Made by a program: the position numbers and the translations under genes. Positions 16,868 through 25,820 of a DNA stretch of 59,745 nucleotides are shown here, piece after piece (position 1 is the stretch's first letter; every line of letters begins with the position of its first letter). The notes below the pieces were generated by a model. The model ran no database searches, was not told where the DNA came from, and saw only the letters and a list, made by a program, of their open reading frames with translations. The stretch is from Candidatus Kaiserbacteria bacterium (lineage in GTDB: Bacteria > Patescibacteriota > Minisyncoccia > Phycocordibacterales > Phycocordibacteraceae). The DNA lies in NCBI GenBank assembly GCA_016194455.1, contig JACQBN010000027.1:1-59745 (forward strand). Direction: 5' to 3'.

Positions 16868-17965
16868 ATGTTCCAGAGACTTTTTGCGTGGATGAATAGA
16901 CATGAACGACGGCTCTCGGGCGCGGCGATGGCCGCAGGCTTCACTATTGACCAAATCTTCTTCGGGCGCGTGGATCTCTGGCAGACGCAGGCCGTCTTCG
17001 CCTCCTATGTCGTCATTTGTTTCCTTTCCATTGCTCTCTTGCATGCGCTCGAAGCTCGCGCAGAGCGGGGAGCCGCACAGCCGCGGTGGCGGCCGCTCTT
17101 ACCGTTTGCCACCCAGTTCGCGCTCGGCGGGTTCTGGAGCGGCTTTATCGTCTTCTATGGTCGCTCGGCCGTCTGGGGCGCCTCATGGCCCTTCCTCCTC
17201 TTCCTCGCGCTGGTGTTCCTCGGCAACGAGGTCTTCAAACGGTATCACGACCGTCTCGTCTTCACCTCCGTGCTCTTCTTCTTCGCGCTTTACTCCTACG
17301 CGATCTTCGCCCTGCCGGTGTATTTGAGCGCAATCGGCACCGGCGTCTTCCTCGGGAGCGGGCTCGTGGCGATCGCTGCCTTCGGGCTCTTCACCATTCT
17401 GCTGCGGATCCTCGGGCACGCGCGCTTCCGGGCTTCGGTCTGGCGCATCCGCACGGGCGCACTCCTCGTCCTTCTCCTCGTCAATATTTTTTATTTCACC
17501 AACATCCTGCCGCCCCTCCCCCTTGCAGCCAAGAGCGCAGGCATCTACCACGCGGTAGAGAAGAGCGGAGACGTTTACATCGCCTTCGCCGAGCCGCACT
17601 CCTGGTACGCCGCTCCCTGGCGCGCGGTCTTCGGGCAGGTGCCGACTTTATCGGTGGTGCCTGGCGCCTCGCTCTACGCCTACTCTGCCGTCTTCGCTCC
17701 CGTCGCGCTTTCTACGACGATCGTGCACGAATGGCAGCGCTACGACGCAACCGGTAAACAGTGGATTACCACTTCAGCCATCTCGTTCCCCATCGCGGGC
17801 GGGCGCGACGGCGGCTATCGCGGCTACAGCGTCAAAGCAGCACTCACGGCGGGGGAGTGGCGAGTGAATGTGAAAACGGCCGACGGCCGCCTGATCGCGC
17901 GCGTGCCCTTTTTCGTCAAACTTGTTTCACTCCCGCCGCCCCAAGAGGAGATCAGCCTACCTTGA
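16868..17965 (+). CDS. Polytopic membrane protein with C-terminal soluble beta-rich domain (DUF2914-like)
   Basis: Six to seven TM helices, then GEWRVNVKTADGRLIARVPFFV. TATAAT at 16853-16858 lies 9 nt before ATG 16868. Confidence 0.65.
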   Translation: MFQRLFAWMNRHERRLSGAAMAAGFTIDQIFFGRVDLWQTQAVFASYVVICFLSIALLHALEARAERGAAQPRWRPLLPFATQFALGGFWSGFIVFYGRSAVWGASWPFLLFLALVFLGNEVFKRYHDRLVFTSVLFFFALYSYAIFALPVYLSAIGTGVFLGSGLVAIAAFGLFTILLRILGHARFRASVWRIRTGALLVLLLVNIFYFTNILPPLPLAAKSAGIYHAVEKSGDVYIAFAEPHSWYAAPWRAVFGQVPTLSVVPGASLYAYSAVFAPVALSTTIVHEWQRYDATGKQWITTSAISFPIAGGRDGGYRGYSVKAALTAGEWRVNVKTADGRLIARVPFFVKLVSLPPPQEEISLP

Positions 17966-18458
17966 CCCGCAGTTTGGTCTGGCGCGCCCTATCAATCTTG
18001 GGGAGGATGAGGGTCAAGAGTCCGTCCTTGGCGGAGGCGGAAGCGTTCTCGACATCTATTTCCTCGGGCAGCACGATCATACGGGAGAATGAGCCCCAAA
18101 AGAGCTCGCGTGTGAAATAATCGGGCTCCGCGATCTGCTCGCGCTCCATGCGCGAGCCGCTGATCTCCACTCGGTCGCGGCTTATAGAAAGGTTGAGCTC
18201 GTCAGGGCGCACTCCGGCGACAAATGCGCGTATGATGATCTCGCTTGGCGTCTGGTGGACGTCCACCGGCAGCTGACCCTCGCCCGCGACCGGCTCGTCC
18301 TCAAGAGGCATCGGGCGCGCGACCGGAGAAGCCGGTCGCGCCGGCTCCCTCTTTGCGAGCGCAGGTGCGAGCTCTTCGTCGAAGGAGTCGAGGGCGCCGT
18401 TGCCCGCGTTGTTGCCCGAAAGGCGATCGAAGAAGGAGCGTTTCTTGGTCGTGTTCAT
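17952..18458 (-). CDS. Hsp20/alpha-crystallin small heat-shock protein
   Basis: LPVDVHQTPSEIIIRAFVAGVRPDELNLSI ... GSFSRMIVLPEEID ... AKDGLLTLILPK. Confidence 0.9.
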   Translation of the reverse strand: MNTTKKRSFFDRLSGNNAGNGALDSFDEELAPALAKREPARPASPVARPMPLEDEPVAGEGQLPVDVHQTPSEIIIRAFVAGVRPDELNLSISRDRVEISGSRMEREQIAEPDYFTRELFWGSFSRMIVLPEEIDVENASASAKDGLLTLILPKIDRARQTKLRVKVG

Positions 18459-18467
18459 ACATCAAGG

Positions 18468-19178
18468 TTAACAGACGTTTGCGGGTACATTACGGTATTG
18501 AATATATTTTAATATCTCAAACACGGCGAAGAAGATAACCGCGACGCTCCAGATGAGAAAGAAGGCAGTGAGCGTCGTCGCGCCGCTACTCCTAATGATA
18601 AGGGCGTTGAAGGCGGTATGCAACACGATGGCGAGGATAAGTCCGCCCGCCGCAACAAATGCTCGAGTCGCCGGCCCGAGCCGAAGAGAGAACGCAAGCG
18701 AGAAGCCGATCGCCGCGGAGGCGAGGACGTGGAGGAGCGTCGAGCCGACAAAGCGCAGATTGTCGGTCACGAGCCCTGCGACCAGGTGCCCCGTAGAGAG
18801 GGGAGCCAAAAGGAAAAGCATATTCTCTGCAGCCGCGAAGCCGAGCGCGACCGTGAGCATGTAGATAACATAGTCCGGCGACTCGTCCACCGAGCGTTGC
18901 CAGAGGATGAAGAGCGCGGCGGCGATATACTTCATCGTCTCCTCGATCGTCGCCCAGCCTATGAGGACCGAGGTGTTCGCGAGGTGCGCTCCGGAGATCC
19001 ACTGCTCCAAGGGAAGCACGACCGGCACCGCCGCCATCCCGGCGACGAAGGCGAGCGCGACCAGGCGCCGCGGCTCGGGGCAGCGCGCGTCCTCCTTCAA
19101 CAAGAAGTAGAGCCAGATGAGCGAAGGCAGGAGCCCGCCGAGGAAGGCGTAGCCCAGCGTTTCAAGCGAGAAACTCAC
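18468..19178 (-). CDS. PrsW-family intramembrane metalloprotease
   Basis: EETMKY (EExxK), FAAAENMLF (FxxxEN), STLLHVLASAAIG (His motif); 7-8 TM helices. Confidence 0.75.
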   Translation of the reverse strand: MSFSLETLGYAFLGGLLPSLIWLYFLLKEDARCPEPRRLVALAFVAGMAAVPVVLPLEQWISGAHLANTSVLIGWATIEETMKYIAAALFILWQRSVDESPDYVIYMLTVALGFAAAENMLFLLAPLSTGHLVAGLVTDNLRFVGSTLLHVLASAAIGFSLAFSLRLGPATRAFVAAGGLILAIVLHTAFNALIIRSSGATTLTAFFLIWSVAVIFFAVFEILKYIQYRNVPANVC

Positions 19179-19185
19179 GACTTCA

Positions 19186-21363
19186 TTATATCACTGGCCA
19201 GTTGGCGATCATCAGGAACTCGGCGTCTTTGGCGGGCAGGGACTGGTAAATTTCTTCGGTGATGAAGGGCATGAAGGGGTGGAGGAGTTTGAGGGCGCGT
19301 CCAAGGAGCGCGCGGAGGAGCGCCGCGCGGCTTTGCCGCGCGGCTTGATCGGCCGCATTCAGTATCGGCTTCGATTCTTCTAGAATTTTATCCGCGAGCT
19401 CGTGCCAGACGTAGTGATAGATCTTCTCGGCGGCGACATACATCCGGAACTCGTCCAGATCTTTTGTGACATCCTTCGTAAGCACCTCAAGACCCTTCCA
19501 CTCGCGAGTTCCAGCAAGCTCAGGTGGGAATGTGGGTGAGGGATAGTAAGACTCGGCCGAGCGGCCCGGAGCGCTTTCCCGAATCCGTATTCCCACCTGG
19601 GCACTCTGTTCTAGAATAAAACGCGCGATGTTCCAGAGCTTGTTTGCGAAACGGGAATAGCCGCGGATCTTCTCCTCGTCGATGCGGCTGTCCATTCCGG
19701 GCGTATTGCCGACGACAAGCGCCATCCGGAGCGCATCCGCGCCAAACTTCCCAACAGTCTCTACCGGGTCGATGTTGTTGCCGAGCGACTTAGAAATCTT
19801 GCGGCCCTCGGCGTCCCGGATGATGCCGTGGAGATAAACGGTGCGGAAAGGGATCTCGGCAAGCGCGAACTCGCTCATCAGTATCATTCGCGCAACCCAG
19901 AAGAAGAGAATGTCATAGCCGGTCTCAAGCACGTCGGTGGGATGGAACTTCTTCAAGTCCTCCGTCGCCTCCGGCCAGCCGAGCGTGGAGAAAGTCCACG
20001 CGCCCGAGGAGAACCAAGTGTCGAGCGTATCCTCGTCCTGCACCCAGCCCTCGCTCGCGGGCTCCTCGCCGACGACCGCCTCCTCGCCTTTGTACCAAAC
20101 CGGCACCTGCTGCCCATACCAGATCTGCCGGCTGATGCACCAGTCGCGCAAATTTTCGAGCCAGTGAAAGTACGTTTTTTCAAAATGTTCAGGGATGATC
20201 CTAATCTGCCCGCTCCGGACGGGCTCCAACATCAACTGCTTCAGTGATTTCCCGCGGCCGGGCACTTCCTTATTCACATCCACGAACCATTGCAATTTCG
20301 GCAGCGGTTCTATCACGCCGCCGGTGCGCTCTGCGGTCGCGATGTTCTGCAGCGTTTCTTCCTCTTTCTCCAAAAGGCCTTCGGCCTTGAGCCATTCAAC
20401 AACTATCTCGCGCGCCTCGTTCGTCTTCTTCTCTTTGAGGCGCCCGGAAACCGCCATCTTCGCGAGCTCGTTGATGACGACAACCTCGTGCGAGAGCTGG
20501 TGGCGATCGGCGATCTCCCAATCGGTGTAGCTATGCGCGGGCGTCACTCCGACTGCGCCGGTGCCGAACGCTGGATCCACCGCCGCGTCCGCGACTATTT
20601 TTATATGAATAGGCACATCACAAAAGACCGCGTCATATTCTTTACCGACGAATTCCCGGTAGCGCGCGTCCTCCGGGTGCACCGCGACCGCGACATCGCC
20701 CACCTTGGTCTCGGGGCGCGTGGTCGCGATCGCGATAGGGAAGTCTTTTGCGTAGCGGAGGGTGTAGAGTTTTCCCGGCCGCTCCTCGTGCACAATCTCA
20801 TCGTCAGAAATAGTCGTCTGACCCCTCGGGTCCCAATTGATGATCCGGCTGCCGCGGTAGATGAGACCCGCTTCGCTCATTCGCTTGAAGAGCGTATTGA
20901 CTGCGCTCCTGCGCGCCGCATCGAGCGTGAAGGCCTCGCGCGACCAATCGCAGGAAGCGCCGAGTACGCGGATCTGTTTTTCAATAATTGCGCGGCTTTC
21001 TTTTACAAATACCCCAATACGCTTCAGCAACTCTTCGCGGCCAAGATCGTGGCGGTGCTTGCCCTCTTTCTTGTTTATTTCTTTTTCAACTTTCGCTTGG
21101 GTCGCGATCGCGGCATGATCGGTGCCCGGGAGCCAGAGGGCCGCATAGCCCCTCATGCGCTTGTAGCGGATCAGAATGTCTTCGAGGGTCAGCCCGAGCG
21201 CGTGGCCGATGTGGAGGACGCCGGTCGCGTTTGGCGGCGGCATCATCATCGCGAACGGCTCCCCGTCTTTCTTCGGCGCGAAGTGCCCACTCTTTTCCCA
21301 CTCTGTATAAATCCGCGCTTCAGTCGCGCGCGGGTCGTAGGGCTTTGTGAACTTTTCATCCAT
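19186..21363 (-). CDS. valS: Valine--tRNA ligase (short form, about 725 aa, lacking the long C-terminal coiled coil)
   Basis: PPPNATGVLHIGHAL (HIGH), KISKSLGN (KMSKS), CISRQIWYG. ATG at 21363 (GTG at 21366 also possible). Confidence 0.93.
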   Translation of the reverse strand: MDEKFTKPYDPRATEARIYTEWEKSGHFAPKKDGEPFAMMMPPPNATGVLHIGHALGLTLEDILIRYKRMRGYAALWLPGTDHAAIATQAKVEKEINKKEGKHRHDLGREELLKRIGVFVKESRAIIEKQIRVLGASCDWSREAFTLDAARRSAVNTLFKRMSEAGLIYRGSRIINWDPRGQTTISDDEIVHEERPGKLYTLRYAKDFPIAIATTRPETKVGDVAVAVHPEDARYREFVGKEYDAVFCDVPIHIKIVADAAVDPAFGTGAVGVTPAHSYTDWEIADRHQLSHEVVVINELAKMAVSGRLKEKKTNEAREIVVEWLKAEGLLEKEEETLQNIATAERTGGVIEPLPKLQWFVDVNKEVPGRGKSLKQLMLEPVRSGQIRIIPEHFEKTYFHWLENLRDWCISRQIWYGQQVPVWYKGEEAVVGEEPASEGWVQDEDTLDTWFSSGAWTFSTLGWPEATEDLKKFHPTDVLETGYDILFFWVARMILMSEFALAEIPFRTVYLHGIIRDAEGRKISKSLGNNIDPVETVGKFGADALRMALVVGNTPGMDSRIDEEKIRGYSRFANKLWNIARFILEQSAQVGIRIRESAPGRSAESYYPSPTFPPELAGTREWKGLEVLTKDVTKDLDEFRMYVAAEKIYHYVWHELADKILEESKPILNAADQAARQSRAALLRALLGRALKLLHPFMPFITEEIYQSLPAKDAEFLMIANWPVI

Positions 21364-21401
21364 CACTGAAAACTATAGCAAATAAAACGCTTTCTGACGT
21401 T

Positions 21402-22079
21402 CTACTTCGCTCCAGCAAGCGCCTGGTCCACGAGCTGCTTCACCGCGTCGTAGGTGTAGGCGCCGTCCATCACGACGGGCGCGTGGCCCGCGACCAGGAT
21501 GAGCGAATAGGGAGTGCCTCGCGCCCCGACAGCGAGCGCGTTCTGACGATCGGCTTGTATCCGTGCGAGGACGCTCGAGGAGGCGCTCGCATAACATGAA
21601 GCGAAGGCATCGCCCTTCACTCCCGCCGCAGCGGCGAGCGTGCCGTAGGTGGCGGGATCCGCCGGTTGATTTTTGAAAAGGGAATCGGCGAAGGCCCAGA
21701 ACGCATCGTTGCCGGCGGTCGCTGCGACGCACTCCGCGGCCTCGGCATGTGCAAGAGCGTTCGGATGGATCTCGCTTAAGGGGAACTCGCGATAGACCCA
21801 GGCGATCTGCCCCGCGGCGCCCTCATTTGCGACGATCTGATGGAGTGTCGCGGAGAAGCCCCTGCAGAACTCGCAGTCGAAATCGGCATATTCAACTATC
21901 TGCACGGGCGCCGCGGGGCTCCCGAGGATGTGGTCAGTCGAGCCAACGGGGCGCACGAGGATCGGATCACCATTCCCCGAGGATGTTGACGGCTCATGCC
22001 GCACCGAGAGATACACCGCCCCCGCTAAGACCACGCCCGCGATGCATATTGCGATAGGCACCGTAAGCGACCTTTCCAT
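21402..22079 (-). CDS. DsbA-like thioredoxin-fold oxidoreductase, membrane-anchored
   Basis: N-terminal TM helix; EYADFDCEFCRGF (CxxC). Confidence 0.8.
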   Translation of the reverse strand: MERSLTVPIAICIAGVVLAGAVYLSVRHEPSTSSGNGDPILVRPVGSTDHILGSPAAPVQIVEYADFDCEFCRGFSATLHQIVANEGAAGQIAWVYREFPLSEIHPNALAHAEAAECVAATAGNDAFWAFADSLFKNQPADPATYGTLAAAAGVKGDAFASCYASASSSVLARIQADRQNALAVGARGTPYSLILVAGHAPVVMDGAYTYDAVKQLVDQALAGAK

Positions 22080-22100
22080 TCTCCAACTCTAGCACGCAGA

Positions 22101-22138
22101 TAAAAATAAAAGCGGACGGGAGACGTCTCCCGCCCGCC
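22101..22138 (-). terminator. Intrinsic terminator for the 22161-22538 gene
   Basis: Minus strand: GCGGGCGGGAGAC-GTCTCCCGTCCGC followed by ttttattttta. Confidence 0.6.
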
Positions 22139-22160
22139 AAACCTTACCAGCTTCGCTTTC

Positions 22161-22538
22161 TTAGCTCAGGGCCAGAGTAGCGTCCGCAGTCGCCTTCAAC
22201 CAGGCCCCCATCTTGCCCAGGAGGTGTCCAAGACCTTTCAGGGCGAGGAGCAAGACCGCCCACCCCATCAAGGATAAGAACCCGGTCAGGATGAAAAGCA
22301 ACACCGATATTGCCGCGTAGAAGAAGAACGCCCAAGAGGGCGCACCCGCAAGTGCGACAGGTTCGTACGCGACAATGCCCGTATAGAAGATCAAACCGGC
22401 GAGGATCGTGCCGATGGAGAAAAACTTCCTCCGAGTTCCGCCGGGTTCTGTACGCGCGCAGATTTCAATTATTGCGCCGCCGTAAGACACTGCGTAAAGG
22501 TACACGAGAAACAGGCCGATTTGCGCCTGGATGGGCAT
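22161..22538 (-). CDS. Hypothetical membrane protein (4 TM helices)
   Basis: Hydrophobic profile; SD AAGGAG 8 nt upstream; own promoter and terminator. Confidence 0.6.
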   Translation of the reverse strand: MPIQAQIGLFLVYLYAVSYGGAIIEICARTEPGGTRRKFFSIGTILAGLIFYTGIVAYEPVALAGAPSWAFFFYAAISVLLFILTGFLSLMGWAVLLLALKGLGHLLGKMGAWLKATADATLALS

Positions 22539-22612
22539 ATTCTTTCTCCTTGGCTCCGTTCAAACCCCGGAGCGTTAGGGCGGCAGAAAGTTCTGCCGAT
22601 ACAGCCGATTTT

Positions 22613-22642
22613 ATTATACGCAGGCTAAGTTTATTTTGTCAA
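22613..22642 (-). promoter_or_regulatory. Sigma70-type promoter
   Basis: Minus strand: TTGACA, 18-nt spacer, TATAAT. Confidence 0.55.
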
Positions 22643-22645
22643 GCA

Positions 22646-23230
22646 CTAGAGCGGAAGGGCGTGGGTGAGGGAGGGGGAGGCGCCCGCCCCCCAATTCTTG
22701 GTGTCTATCTTGATTTCGCGGATGTCGCGCAGGTCTTTATATCTGACCGAGCCCCTTTCGCGCATGTAGTCGTAGAGCTCTTTGGTCAGTCGCACGTCCT
22801 CCAGGCAATAATTCCGCACTTTCTCTGTCTCGCCCGCATTCCACCACGCCTGCGCGGCGAGCCCATCCCCGCTCTTGCCGCGGCCGAGAGTCGCCTGCGC
22901 CAAGGAGTCGAGCCGAACGCGCCGACCGAGCGCTTTATAGACTTCAGCAAGGAGATCAAGCGAGCGGATCTTCGCCAAGTCGCCAGGATAGTAGCGATTG
23001 AGGATCGGGATATCGAAGGTGTCGGAGTTGAAACCGATTAAAAGATCGGCGCGTTCCACGATCGGCCAAAATTTTTGCAACTCTTCCTTGGTATACGACG
23101 CGTAGGTGTCGGTCGCGGAGTCATAGGCGCCCACGACCGTGAGCTCCTGGTCGTCGGTGTTCAGCCGGCCGCGCACTGCCAAAGGCGAAATGGTCTCTAT
23201 ATCAAAAACAAGAAAGCGCATAGCCGACAA
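22646..23230 (-). CDS. DEDD-type 3'-5' exonuclease / RNase H-like fold protein
   Basis: LVFDIET (Exo I), GFNSDTFDIPIL (Exo II), YCLEDVRLTKELY (Exo III). Confidence 0.75.
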   Translation of the reverse strand: MSAMRFLVFDIETISPLAVRGRLNTDDQELTVVGAYDSATDTYASYTKEELQKFWPIVERADLLIGFNSDTFDIPILNRYYPGDLAKIRSLDLLAEVYKALGRRVRLDSLAQATLGRGKSGDGLAAQAWWNAGETEKVRNYCLEDVRLTKELYDYMRERGSVRYKDLRDIREIKIDTKNWGAGASPSLTHALPL

Positions 23231-23233
23231 GCC

Positions 23234-23785
23234 TTACGTGCCCGATCGCCGGAGCAATTTCGTATCCTCGTGCGCGCTCGCATACTTGAGGATGAGATCG
23301 CGCAGCATCGCCGGGTGCGGGATGCCGCGCATCGTGAAGCGCTCGATGGTGCCGGCGGTCTGCACGTTAATATCGCCGATGTCTAAGAGAGAGACGAGAA
23401 TGCCGATCGTGTCGGTCGTGACGTCCTCCACGCGATTAAGAAAGAGGCTCGAGACCTCGCGGTTGAAGAAGCCGTACTGCTTGATCTCCACCACGCGCTG
23501 ATTGGTGAGGATCCATGCGTTGAGGAAGTAGCGCGTGAAGGAGTTGAAGGCGGCGCTCCAGACCAGGAGCCACCACAGCGCGAGCGCCACCCGCGCAAGC
23601 GGCAGCGAGAAGTTGAATGACGCAGCCAAGGTTTGGAGCGGGCCCGCGGTGCGGAGCGCCGCGGGGATGACGAGCGGCAGAATGGCGAGGATCGCAAAGG
23701 GCAAGAGATCAGCGAGGAAGAGAAACCAATGCTTGCGGACCGTCTCCACCACGTGCTCGCCTGGCTCCAGTTCAAATTCCTTCAT
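23234..23785 (-). CDS. Membrane protein with bacterial PH (bPH_2/YdbS-like) domain
   Basis: Two TM helices, then NQRVVEIKQYGFFNREVSSLFLNRVEDVTTD...DIGDINVQTAG. Start ATG 23785 overlaps the upstream stop (ATGA). Confidence 0.7.
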   Translation of the reverse strand: MKEFELEPGEHVVETVRKHWFLFLADLLPFAILAILPLVIPAALRTAGPLQTLAASFNFSLPLARVALALWWLLVWSAAFNSFTRYFLNAWILTNQRVVEIKQYGFFNREVSSLFLNRVEDVTTDTIGILVSLLDIGDINVQTAGTIERFTMRGIPHPAMLRDLILKYASAHEDTKLLRRSGT

Positions 23786-24027
23786 ACAAGCGGGACCGCG
23801 CCGGTCAACGCATAGGACATGAGCGCTGCCGAGACCGCAAGATGGACGAAAATGGCGGGGAAGGCAATGAGCGACGCGTGCGAATACTTGAGCCAATGAT
23901 AGATCGCGATCAAAGTGAAGAGGAGCCAGAGCGCAAACGCAATGCCGAGCAGCCACTCCACGGCGCTGCCTGAGGAGAGATTGACACTGAAGGGGGGAGC
24001 AAAGGGCTGGAGCGGCTGATCAGTCAT
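23782..24027 (-). CDS. Hypothetical small membrane protein (81 aa)
   Basis: Two TM helices; translationally coupled on both sides (ATGACTGA overlap with the prmC stop). Confidence 0.55.
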   Translation of the reverse strand: MTDQPLQPFAPPFSVNLSSGSAVEWLLGIAFALWLLFTLIAIYHWLKYSHASLIAFPAIFVHLAVSAALMSYALTGAVPLV

Positions 24028-24760
24028 GAGGCCATTCTACTACGAGGAGGCGGGGCAGAGCGAACTGATCAACAGAGACTTGCACATCGAATCCCGCGGC
24101 CTCGAAGAGGCCGCGGGCCTCTCCGCTATGCGCGCTGTCGCACTCAATCCACGCTTGGCCACCCTTCATCAAATGTTGCGGGAGCCCACTCGCAATGCGG
24201 CGGATAAGTGCGAGGCCGTCCGCGCCGGCACGTAGCGCCAGCGCGGGCTCGTAGCGCGCGACGCTCTCGGGGAGTTCGCGCGCGTCGGGGACGTAGGGCG
24301 GATTGGCGGCGACGAAGTCAAATTGCTCGCCGCTGAAGGGCTCAAAGAGATCGCCAATGCGGATCTTGGCATGAGACGCGTTCAAATTGTTCACGGCAAT
24401 ATTTTTTCGGATCGTCGCTTCGTGCGCGGGATCAATCTCGCCGAATGACACTTTTGCTTGCGGGAATCGTGCGAGGACCGCGCAGCCGATCGCTCCAGAG
24501 CCAGCGCAGAGATCGAGGAATCGCAAATGCTCCGCGCCCTTCGCGATAGTGCGGAACATCTGCTCCGCCCACCACTCGGTCTCGGGGCGGGGGATTAAGG
24601 GGCGGGAGTCCAAATAGATTTTGAGCCCAAGAAAGGGCTGCCACCCGATGACATATGCCACCGGCTCGCCGGAGGCGAGCCGGTGGCGGTCGGCTTCAAA
24701 CTCCCGTGTCGCCCTGCCGCGGTATTTTTCTTTGAGCAAGAATTGCTCGTCGTGCGTCAT
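24020..24760 (-). CDS. prmC: Release-factor glutamine N5-methyltransferase
   Basis: DLCAGSGAIG (motif I), VAANPPYVP (NPPY). Confidence 0.88.
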   Translation of the reverse strand: MTHDEQFLLKEKYRGRATREFEADRHRLASGEPVAYVIGWQPFLGLKIYLDSRPLIPRPETEWWAEQMFRTIAKGAEHLRFLDLCAGSGAIGCAVLARFPQAKVSFGEIDPAHEATIRKNIAVNNLNASHAKIRIGDLFEPFSGEQFDFVAANPPYVPDARELPESVARYEPALALRAGADGLALIRRIASGLPQHLMKGGQAWIECDSAHSGEARGLFEAAGFDVQVSVDQFALPRLLVVEWPHD

Positions 24761-24774
24761 GCTAGACTTTATAC

Positions 24775-25221
24775 ATGAAATTCCACTTCTGGCACACGAC
24801 GCTCTCCGTCTTCTTCATCGTGCTTGCACTGCTTGCCTATCTTCTTCTCGCCGCGCTCGGCCGGCTCGCAGCGTGGATACCATTCACCGACCTCTTCCTT
24901 ATCCCGCTCGCAATCATGCGCCTCGTGCGGCTTTTCGCCTATGACTCCATCACCGCGTTCATCCGCGAATGGTTCCATGGCGCTGAGTCGCACACTTTCG
25001 CAGGCTCCTGCGGGACACTTATCAGCTGTCCGTGGTGCCTCGGGCTCTGGTTCTCGCTCGTAGTGGTCTTCTTCTATTTCCTCACTCCAATCGCCTGGTA
25101 CGCGATCCTCGTGCTCGCACTTTCCTCGCTCGCGTCCTTCTTCCAGCTCGTCGTCAACTACGTCGGCTGGAGCGCGGAATCGAAGCGGCGCGAAGCAGAG
25201 GGCATCCCGCTGCCTCGATAA
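24775..25221 (+). CDS. DUF1360-like membrane protein
   Basis: LIPLAIMRLVRLFAYDSITAFIREWF ... CPWCLGLWFSLVV. Confidence 0.65.
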   Translation: MKFHFWHTTLSVFFIVLALLAYLLLAALGRLAAWIPFTDLFLIPLAIMRLVRLFAYDSITAFIREWFHGAESHTFAGSCGTLISCPWCLGLWFSLVVVFFYFLTPIAWYAILVLALSSLASFFQLVVNYVGWSAESKRREAEGIPLPR

Positions 25222-25230
25222 ATAAATAGC

Positions 25231-25257
25231 AACCCGCCCTCCAGAGGAGGGCGGGTT
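25231..25257. terminator. 12-bp hairpin between convergent genes
   Basis: AACCCGCCCTCC-aga-GGAGGGCGGGTT. Confidence 0.6.
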
Positions 25258-25272
25258 CTCTGAGAATAGATT

Positions 25273-25650
25273 TTAGTAACCACCGCGGCCGTAACCGCCT
25301 CCGCCACCAAACCCACCACGATCACCGCCGCCAAAACCTCCGCGACCGCCGCCGAATCCGCCCTCGCGGCGCGGCGGGCGATCACCCTGCGGGCGGGCGA
25401 AGGATACGGAGAGCGTACGCCCGTCCATCTCCTTGCCGTCCCACCGATCAATCGCCGCTTGCGCCTCCGCCTCGGAGGACATCTCGACGAAGCCGAATCC
25501 GCGCGAGCGGCCGGTCATACGATCGCTGATAATGCTCGCGGACACGACCGTACCAGCCTCGCTAAAGGCCTTCTTCAAGTCGTCTTCCGTCGAGCGATAG
25601 GGGATACCGCCCACATAGAGCTTATTCCCCTGAACGCTTGCCTGGTCCAT
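25273..25650 (-). CDS. RRM-type RNA-binding protein with Gly/Arg-rich tail
   Basis: KLYVGGIPY (RNP2), RGFGFVEM (RNP1), C-terminal GGFGGGRGGFGGGDRGGFGGGGGYGRGGY. Confidence 0.9.
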   Translation of the reverse strand: MDQASVQGNKLYVGGIPYRSTEDDLKKAFSEAGTVVSASIISDRMTGRSRGFGFVEMSSEAEAQAAIDRWDGKEMDGRTLSVSFARPQGDRPPRREGGFGGGRGGFGGGDRGGFGGGGGYGRGGY

Positions 25651-25820
25651 TGTATGGATGTAATTCGAGTAACCTCGCCGCTTCGAATACTTGCTATGCC
25701 CTTTATGAGCTGCCGAGCCGAACTGCTTGCGAGTCGCTCCAGTATGCCAGGAAGGTGCCAGAAGAGCAACTGTGCTGGGGATAAACCCTCCTACGTCCCG
25801 ATTTGATATACTTTCTCGGC

